Below, in pieces: positions 54,968-61,938 of a stretch of DNA of 61,938 nt. This DNA comes from Chrysochromulina tobinii. Its lineage: Eukaryota. A program made the position numbers and the translations under genes. Location of the stretch: the NCBI GenBank assembly GCA_001275005.1, contig JWZX01003158.1, positions 1-61,938 on the forward strand, in the 5' to 3' direction. Each line of letters begins with the position of its first letter. Position 1 is the first letter of the stretch. The notes beneath the pieces were generated by a model. It saw only the letters and a program-made list of their open reading frames with translations. It had not been told where the DNA came from and searched no databases.

Positions 54968-55111
54968 TTTTCGAGGTTCGTAACATTGAAACGTCCGTGC
55001 ACCAAAACGATCGGTCCAAGATGGGCCACGCACACTTCCTCAAACGAGGCCTCCTTGGGAACGAACTTCTACTTTAATGGGCTCTGCAATCCCAGCAGAA
55101 GCGCGTGCTCG

Positions 55112-56170
55112 ATGCGAAGAGCTCTTGACCGCTTGTCGTCGCTGCCGTCGCTCCGGTCGTCCTTGCTGCCTTCGCAATCGTTGCTTCGTCCATCCATCTT
55201 TCCGCCGCTGCTGCAGTCGTCGCGTTTCGCGACCGCGGCGATCAACGTGCCACGGTCCAAACGCTTTGAGCTGAGCGTGAAAGAGGGCACGCTGCCGATT
55301 GCGGCACTCAAAAAGTTCAACCCTGTGACCCCGGGCACGCGCCATCGTATCGTCATAGACAAATCACAGCTATGGCCCGGTCGGTCCGAGCCCAAGCTCA
55401 CGAAGCGCATCAAGTCGCATGCGGGTCGCAATCACACTGGACAGATTACCATCCGTGGCCGATGTGCGCCAAAGCATAGGCGCAAGTACCGTATCATCGA
55501 CTTCAAGCGGAGTCGCACCGACCCGGCCATCGTGCAGCGCTTCGAGTACGACCCCAATCGATCCACCTTCATCGCCCTGATCAAGTACGAGTCCGACGGT
55601 GAGCTCTCGTACATCCTGGCCCCACGCGATCTCGCTGTCGGCGCGACGGTGGCCTCGGGCGACGAGGCCTCTTTCGCGCCAGGCAACGCGATGGCCCTGG
55701 GCTCGATCCCTGACGGCACGGAGGTGCACAACATCGAGATGCTCCCGGGCAAGGGCGGTGAGATCGTGCGCTCCGCAGGCGCGGCGGCGCGGATCATCTC
55801 GAAAGACGACAAGTACGCCATCCTAAAGTTACCGTCGTCTGAGATTCGAAAGATGCCGATCGGGTGCATGGCGACGATCGGCGTGCTCAGCAACGACCAG
55901 TGGCGCAACCGGCGGCTCGGCAAGGCGGGCGCTTCCTGGTGGGTCGGCCGGCGGCCCCAGGTGCGCGGTGTCGCTATGAACCCAGTCGACCACCCGATGG
56001 GTGGAGGCGAGGGTAAGAGCTCGGGCGGCCGCGTCTCATGCTCACCGTGGGGCTGGTACACGAAGGGTCTGCGCACTCGCAATCGTAAGCAGTTCTCGAG
56101 CAAGCTCATCCTGCGCCGACGCAACCACGAGAAGCTCGGCCTCGCGTCGATCAATACGGGCGGCTGGTAA
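55112..56170 (+). CDS. MRPL2: Ribosomal protein uL2, nucleus-encoded, probably mitochondrial
   Basis: GRNHTGQITIR, EYDPNRS, VHNIEMLPGKGG and RPQVRGVAMNPVDHPMGGGEG; Arg/Ser/Leu-rich presequence without a signal peptide. Confidence 0.93.
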   Translation: MRRALDRLSSLPSLRSSLLPSQSLLRPSIFPPLLQSSRFATAAINVPRSKRFELSVKEGTLPIAALKKFNPVTPGTRHRIVIDKSQLWPGRSEPKLTKRIKSHAGRNHTGQITIRGRCAPKHRRKYRIIDFKRSRTDPAIVQRFEYDPNRSTFIALIKYESDGELSYILAPRDLAVGATVASGDEASFAPGNAMALGSIPDGTEVHNIEMLPGKGGEIVRSAGAAARIISKDDKYAILKLPSSEIRKMPIGCMATIGVLSNDQWRNRRLGKAGASWWVGRRPQVRGVAMNPVDHPMGGGEGKSSGGRVSCSPWGWYTKGLRTRNRKQFSSKLILRRRNHEKLGLASINTGGW

Positions 56171-56548
56171 GGGCCCTCGGCCCGACTGCCCTCGGGCGCG
56201 GGGGGCAATTACTCGCCACTGGTGCGTAGTTGTGGCGAAACCTGGTACCACTGGTACGTACCGGTAGCTTATGAAACGTGTACCGGTACCTGTAACCCGT
56301 CGGTATAACCACGGTACCCGCACAAACCCGCACGCCGTTAGCGTTACAGGGACCGGGCGCCCCCGCCCCGGAGTCAAACACCGTTATCACGGGCCTACCC
56401 TGTCTCTCACACTCGCTCTGTGCGTCCTGTTTCTAGGTACCGGTACTGTACACAACTCGCGGCGTCGGAAGAAGACGAAAACCGCGCGGTCCGCGGTGTG
56501 GGAAGGTTTGTAGAGTTTGCCTCCGGACGCGCGGGCCGCAGTTTCAGA

Positions 56549-58891
56549 ATGCAGTGCGACCCAGTTGCGTTGTTGGCGCTCAACAGCCGCAAAATACAGG
56601 TTCAGAAAAGCTTGCGGGAGCAGGTGCGCGCCGGTCCTCTGGCTAGTTCATGCGCCCTGTCCCAGAAGCACCGCTCTGTCGAGTGTCGTGCTCACATGTT
56701 GTGCATGGCTCATCGTGCTGCGCAGTGTCCAAATCTGTACAAGCCTATCTCAAAGGAGCAATTCGTCCAGATAGTCGTGGATGCGTCGGAGAAGCGAGAA
56801 GCGCGTATGCCTCCGCAGGTCAACAATATTGGAGCGGTGAACGCTCCGTTGCGGAGTAGCTCAAGGCCAACGAGCGGTTTACCACCCCCTGAAATGATGC
56901 AGAGGCTGCCAACCCCTGAATTGATGCAGAGGCTTCGCAACCCGAACACCTCGGATCATGATCGACGCCTTCTACTCCAACATGACAAGAAGACTCGACC
57001 GAGGCCTGCTGCAGGCGTCGACCATTCGGCGGCCATCAATTGTCCTTCGCATGAACGCACAACAGAAGAGTTGGGCACTGCCGCTGCTCACATCTTTGAT
57101 CACATCTCGCGCGCCGGACACCGTGGTAGCGGAGTGGTGACCGTGCGAGAAGCGATCTCATATTTTCGCTTTGGACACGGATCCGCTGCTGGCGAACCGA
57201 GACCATTGTCACCAGTCTCACTATTGACCTCTTCCGATGCATCCCTCTCTGATCGCCGTGCTGCTCTCGCCTACGATGACCCTCCAGCGGGAGGAGCGAT
57301 CTTGGGCCGCCCGTCTACGCGCAAACATGTCCTGGAGCCGCTTGCCAGTGCGTCATCTATTTCAGCTAGCAGCTGGATTGAATTTGCGCCCGCTTCTCGC
57401 CTTCACTCTGCGGAAGTTGCCACCTGGGGCGATGACGACCTGAGGCGCTCTTCCCTCACTGGAATTCGACATACCGCATCAGCGCCCAACGGCATAGCAC
57501 TCACTGAGACTCGCCACACCGCATCGGCGCCCGACGCCATGGCATTGAAACGGCACCGCCGTTCAGGAACACAGCCTCCGAAAGCCGTACTCCGTATGCT
57601 CGGTGCACGGTTTGGCAAGATGCGCAGGCGCGTCGGAGCAGCTATGGAGGCGCTCCACGACGGCCGCGGGGGCTGCAACCTCGATGCGCTGATTGACACG
57701 CTCTCTGAACTCGGTGCAGAGGCATTGCCGCCGCTCATCCTCTCGACGGATGAAGTACGTGCTCTCGCTGAACTGTACGTCGTTTCTAGAGATCCCATCC
57801 CCGAAGGTGAAATGCCAGCAACAGTCGGTCTGCGCGACTTTCTACGCGACCTTTGGAGCGGTACGTTGACCCATGCTGCCAAGGTGCCGCTGAGGAGCCT
57901 GTACATTGCTGAAAGCAGGAACTTGAAGAGTGCTGGGAGCGATGCTCTGAATGAGCAATGCGACTCACAGGTACAACGTAGCGACTCACCCACAGCGGAG
58001 AGTCAGGGCACTCAGGACTCACGGCAGCAGGCAGGGGCGACGGATGAGGCAGATGGGCGACCAAAATCCAAGCAAGGCAAGTGGGGGATGCTATTGCGCC
58101 GTCCTACCAAACCGAATGTTATGTTGCGCGAGGTTGACTGGTGGCGGACGGCTGGCAGCAACGGCAGCAACAGTAGCGATGCGCAACGTGCTGCGACGAC
58201 GCTTGTCGAGAAAATCAAAGAAGTCGCGGATGAGAAGGGCTACGTGACCCTGCCCAAGTTCAGATCGGTCATGTGGACCCTCGGCGTGATAAAATCAAGT
58301 ATCGAAGATGCGGACGGCGTTTTCGGCTCGATTGATCTGAATGGCAATGGAAAGGTCACATTCGAGGAGCTCAAAATGGCGATTGATTGTGTCATCAACG
58401 AGGACACCGAAGCAAAGATCGAGCGCTTGGTGCGTGCTGATCAGGAAATGGAAGCTGCCGCAGTTCAACGCCTTCGCGACAGGCTTGCATCTCAGGCTGC
58501 TCGAGTTCTGGATCTCTTTCGCCAGTGGGACGTGGATGGCGATGGCACGGTGACTCGTGAAGAGTTTCGCAAAGCGATGCTTGGACCTGAGCTTGGATTC
58601 AACGACGCCTCACCTGAGAACATTAATGGCCTTTTTAATGCGTTCGATAAAGATGGGGAGGGCCAGATTTCCTTTCGAGAGCTGCATAGGATGCTGCGCA
58701 CGGTGAAAAGGGCGGAAAAGAAGATAAAGGTGGTTGCTCCAACAGAGCCTCCATGCGACATGGCTGCGCTCCGCTTACAAATGCGCAAGGATCTTGAAGA
58801 GATGGCCAATCAGAACGAGAAGAATGAGCGTGAGCTAGCCGCCGTCATGAATGCGCGAATTCCATCTCGCGAGAGGGTTTCTTCTCAATAG
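56549..58891 (+). CDS. Multi-EF-hand calcium-binding protein; probable in-frame intron 56624-56725
   Basis: EF loops DLNGNGKVTFEE, DVDGDGTVTREE and DKDGEGQISFRE; CAG|GTGCGC...GCGCAG|TGT (102 nt). Confidence 0.82.
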   Translation: MQCDPVALLALNSRKIQVQKSLREQVRAGPLASSCALSQKHRSVECRAHMLCMAHRAAQCPNLYKPISKEQFVQIVVDASEKREARMPPQVNNIGAVNAPLRSSSRPTSGLPPPEMMQRLPTPELMQRLRNPNTSDHDRRLLLQHDKKTRPRPAAGVDHSAAINCPSHERTTEELGTAAAHIFDHISRAGHRGSGVVTVREAISYFRFGHGSAAGEPRPLSPVSLLTSSDASLSDRRAALAYDDPPAGGAILGRPSTRKHVLEPLASASSISASSWIEFAPASRLHSAEVATWGDDDLRRSSLTGIRHTASAPNGIALTETRHTASAPDAMALKRHRRSGTQPPKAVLRMLGARFGKMRRRVGAAMEALHDGRGGCNLDALIDTLSELGAEALPPLILSTDEVRALAELYVVSRDPIPEGEMPATVGLRDFLRDLWSGTLTHAAKVPLRSLYIAESRNLKSAGSDALNEQCDSQVQRSDSPTAESQGTQDSRQQAGATDEADGRPKSKQGKWGMLLRRPTKPNVMLREVDWWRTAGSNGSNSSDAQRAATTLVEKIKEVADEKGYVTLPKFRSVMWTLGVIKSSIEDADGVFGSIDLNGNGKVTFEELKMAIDCVINEDTEAKIERLVRADQEMEAAAVQRLRDRLASQAARVLDLFRQWDVDGDGTVTREEFRKAMLGPELGFNDASPENINGLFNAFDKDGEGQISFRELHRMLRTVKRAEKKIKVVAPTEPPCDMAALRLQMRKDLEEMANQNEKNERELAAVMNARIPSRERVSSQ

Positions 58892-59470
58892 CCAGGCTGA
58901 GAACCGCGCCAGGCAAAACATGGGCCTCAGTGAACGCACCATGAAGGCTAACCACAGCCTCCAGGGACGGGGAGTCGTCCCAGCCCCACGGACAATGGTG
59001 ATCAACATGGCCTAGAGCATGGCACTTTAATGCGCAGGATGCGTGTGGTGACTAAAGGATTGGATGAAGCGCGTGATGGCGCGTCTGCTCGAGTAGACAG
59101 ACCGGGGAAATACGCCTTGTCCTGAGCGGTGCTGCGGACCAATGTGCTTGCCTATGGGAAGTTTGCTGCACATGTGCTCGAGTAACGAGTATAGTCGATT
59201 CGACGCGAAATTCGCGCGTGATATCGACTTCAGGAGGAAATAGTTCTGTCCGGATTCGTAACCGCGGTAACATGTGTTGACAGATGTCGTCTCGGACAGC
59301 GTAGCTACTGGAATAACTGCACGTCTACATTCTACAAGCAGTGTCAAGCTCGTGTGTGATACGCCATTTATCATCGGTTCCACTTGCCACTTCCAGGCAG
59401 CCTGGCAGCTCGGCTGGCAGCGGCAGGCACGCAACGCCGAACACAGCACACGGGTGCACACAGCCTTTCT

Positions 59471-60715
59471 CTACGCACGGAACTGCTCCAAGAACGGCTC
59501 CCATGACTCGCCCTCAGCAGGAGGATCAACGGCCGCCTTGGAGACCAGCTTCGCCTTCGACATCTTGGCGCCCACCCACGCCTCGGTCCACCGCCACAGC
59601 GCGTCGGCCGCGGCGCTGTCCTTGGCCGCGGGAGCCACGTCGGTAAGCTCCATGTCAGAGAGGTACGAGCCGCTGGGTAGCCCGGGGGCGAGCAGCGCAT
59701 ACACGAGTGTGCGGCACCCATCCTCAGGCTTCTTGAACACAAGGCCCACCGCCGGGTTGTCCAGGATCGCCTTCCCCGCGGACGCTACTGCCGAGTCAAA
59801 CGACGGGCCGCCCAAGCCGCCAGGTGGCAGTGGGATGGGCGGCAGCGGGATCGGCAGCTGAGCAGCCGAGGGCTTGAACTCGCGGAAGAGGCTCGTGGCC
59901 ACGACGCCTGGGTGCACTGCGAGCGACGTGAGGCGCGTGGGCGGGTAGCGCTGCGCCAGCGCGCGTGCGAAGAGCACGTTCGCAAGCTTCGACTCTCCAT
60001 AAGCACTCGAGGAGTCCCACACGGTCGCATCGCTGGCGGGCTGCTCGATACGGCGCAGATCGAGCCCATCGGCAAGTGCATGCGCCGACGAGGCGGTGGT
60101 CACAATGCGCGCGCCGTCGGCGACCATGTGCGGCAGCAAAAGCTCTGCCAGCGCAAAGTGCGACACGTGGTTGACTTGAAACCCGACCTCGAGACCGTCG
60201 GCCGTCATCCTGCGCTCGGTCGGCCACACACCTGCGTTGAGCAAGAGGCCGCCCAAAGGGGCCCCGAGCCTTTCAGAGGCTGCCCGAATGTCGGCTGCGG
60301 CCTGCTCCACACTCTCGAATGCAGACAGGTCGAGGTCTACGGTCGCCACCACGGCACCGCTTCCAGCTTTCACCTTGATGTAGTCCACTGCCGCCCGAGC
60401 CTTTGTGGCGTCGCGGGCGCACAGAATGGTGGCGTAGCCAAACGTGGCAAGCGCGGCAGCCGCCTCGAGCCCAATGCCTTCGGTCGCCCCAGTGATAGCA
60501 ATCGCACACTCCTTGGAGATGGCAAAGTCGGAAGAAGGCAGCCGAGAGAGAGGGTCAGCGGCATCGGCGATACGCTGGCGTACGCGTCGAAGGAAGGTCT
60601 CGCGCTCGCGATCCAACTGAAAGCTGAGGCGCTCGATGCGGCTAATCGTTGTAGCAAGTGTCGACATGCTCATTGCACCCTCGGCGAACAATGCTAGCAA
60701 GAGGAAAGCCCGCAT
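59471..60715 (-). CDS. Short-chain dehydrogenase/reductase (retinol dehydrogenase/WWOX/POR-like clade) with signal peptide
   Basis: ITGATEGIG, LLNAG, FQVNHVSHF, YGESKLAN (YxxxK) and VHPGVVAT. Confidence 0.9.
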   Translation of the reverse strand: MRAFLLLALFAEGAMSMSTLATTISRIERLSFQLDRERETFLRRVRQRIADAADPLSRLPSSDFAISKECAIAITGATEGIGLEAAAALATFGYATILCARDATKARAAVDYIKVKAGSGAVVATVDLDLSAFESVEQAAADIRAASERLGAPLGGLLLNAGVWPTERRMTADGLEVGFQVNHVSHFALAELLLPHMVADGARIVTTASSAHALADGLDLRRIEQPASDATVWDSSSAYGESKLANVLFARALAQRYPPTRLTSLAVHPGVVATSLFREFKPSAAQLPIPLPPIPLPPGGLGGPSFDSAVASAGKAILDNPAVGLVFKKPEDGCRTLVYALLAPGLPSGSYLSDMELTDVAPAAKDSAAADALWRWTEAWVGAKMSKAKLVSKAAVDPPAEGESWEPFLEQFRA

Positions 60716-60891
60716 CACGACAGAGGATCGTTCTCGGTGGTTTCCAGGAAACCAAGGGCCGTTGAGGAAACCAAGCTCATCACGCCGAGAAGCGGGGATG
60801 AGGCCCACGCCCCTCCTCAACACCTAACCTGTACCGTAGGCGGCCGAGCGTAACAGCCCGTTCACTCGAAGAAGTGGAATTGCACGATAAC

Positions 60892-61677
60892 ATGGGCGCC
60901 ATGATTGCACGCGACGCGCCTCCAGCGCTGCAGACGCTCGTCTCCGCGCTGCTGCGAACCAAACTCGAGCTGGCCATCGCCGGGCTGGACAGTTGTGGCA
61001 AGACGACGCTTTGCGCGACGCTGCCGCATGCAAGCGCCGCTGGGCCGATGATGGCGCCCATGCAGACCGCGCCGACAATAGGATTGGTGGTGCAGCGCGC
61101 GCGCACTCGCGGCATCGACCTGATGCTGTGGGACCTAGGCGGCCATCATCGATTCCGCGACGATTGGAAGCGGCATGCGCGTGGTTGCGGCGCGCTCATC
61201 TTCGTGGTGGACTGCGCAAACGAGTCACGCTTGGTTGAGGCGCGGCAGGCACTCCAGCGGTTGCTCGAGGACCCGATCGTGGGCGGGTTGCCGCTGCTCG
61301 TGCTGGCCAACAAGGTGGACCTGCTGACGCCGGCCGACCGCGCGCGCGAGGAGGTGAGCGGCTGGCGCGCGCTCGTCGAGCAGCTCAATCTCGGTGGAGA
61401 GGTCTCGGGCTCGTCATCACGACAGTGGAGCGTGCTGGGCGTGAGTGCGACGCGTGGCACCAACCTCGACAAGGTGGTGCGGTGGCTCGTGCTGCAAGCG
61501 CACGGCGCAGGCCCGGCGCCGAGCGTCGACACCGACGACGGGCCGTCGGGCCACAGCCGGCTCAGCTGGCAATCGGTGTCCACCGCGGTGAGTAGCGCCA
61601 AGCGGCGGTGGACGAAGAGCGGACGGTACACGTCGGTCCTCGCCGACGCGTCACGCTCGCTCATATTTTCCGAGTAG
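60892..61677 (+). CDS. Arf/Arl-family small GTPase with C-terminal extension
   Basis: MGA start, GLDSCGKTT, PTIG, WDLGGH, ANKVD and SAT. Confidence 0.9.
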   Translation: MGAMIARDAPPALQTLVSALLRTKLELAIAGLDSCGKTTLCATLPHASAAGPMMAPMQTAPTIGLVVQRARTRGIDLMLWDLGGHHRFRDDWKRHARGCGALIFVVDCANESRLVEARQALQRLLEDPIVGGLPLLVLANKVDLLTPADRAREEVSGWRALVEQLNLGGEVSGSSSRQWSVLGVSATRGTNLDKVVRWLVLQAHGAGPAPSVDTDDGPSGHSRLSWQSVSTAVSSAKRRWTKSGRYTSVLADASRSLIFSE

Positions 61678-61938
61678 GAAATAGATGAAGGTTGGGGGTC
61701 GAGCTGATTGATGACGTCGACAATCAAAAAAGTGATCGACGCTCCCCCGACGCAAAACTAAGGGGGTAGGTCAGAGGGAGGCCCCGGCCCATGCTCGGGT
61801 CCGTCGGACTTTTGGCGAGGCGCTCGGGGGGCGATGGGGTTGCGCATGCTGCCTCCCGAAACCCAGGGCGGGTCACCCAAGACCCCAGGTAAGGCGCCGC
61901 GGCCAACTTTGACAAGATCGAGCGCAACCGCGCCTGGG

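Noticed and set aside
47290..56170. Bacterial contamination or recent HGT suggested by clpP and uL2
   Set aside because: Both carry eukaryotic organelle-targeting extensions and sit among intron-containing eukaryotic genes, as expected for ordinary endosymbiotic gene transfer.
59027..59461. 144-aa minus-strand ORF downstream of the SDR
   Set aside because: It has no motifs and atypical composition, so it is probably UTR or intergenic sequence.

Overview
This is gene-dense, GC-rich eukaryotic nuclear DNA with short spliceosomal introns and nucleus-encoded plastid- and mitochondrion-targeted proteins. It looks most like a haptophyte alga (Chrysochromulina-like); that is an inference from style, not a database result. 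About 25 protein genes are supported: a giant coiled-coil protein (over 3,900 codons, running off the left edge, with one in-frame TAG), an M16 insulinase-type peptidase, a J-domain protein, a GT61 and other glycosyltransferase-like proteins, a SET-domain protein, two family-16 methyltransferases, two EF-hand proteins, a Gpt2/Sct1-type acyltransferase, a small Tat-targeted thylakoid protein, a C2 + CNBD channel with a non-canonical pore, a kinesin, plastid ClpP, VMA21, a PhyH dioxygenase, mitochondrial uL2, an SDR and an Arf-like GTPase. Many genes sit in tight head-to-head pairs. The most striking signal is a family of introns in unrelated genes. Each is built from a shared donor module (GTGAGT[G/C]TCGTT plus GATTGCC[T/A]CT repeats) fused to a duplicated copy of the adjacent exon, which supplies the other splice site; this looks like an intron-generating process. 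Four +1 single-base frameshifts (possibly assembly errors), a MITE-like element, a dispersed 54-bp repeat and several tandem repeats are also present. No rRNA, tRNA or CRISPR array was seen.
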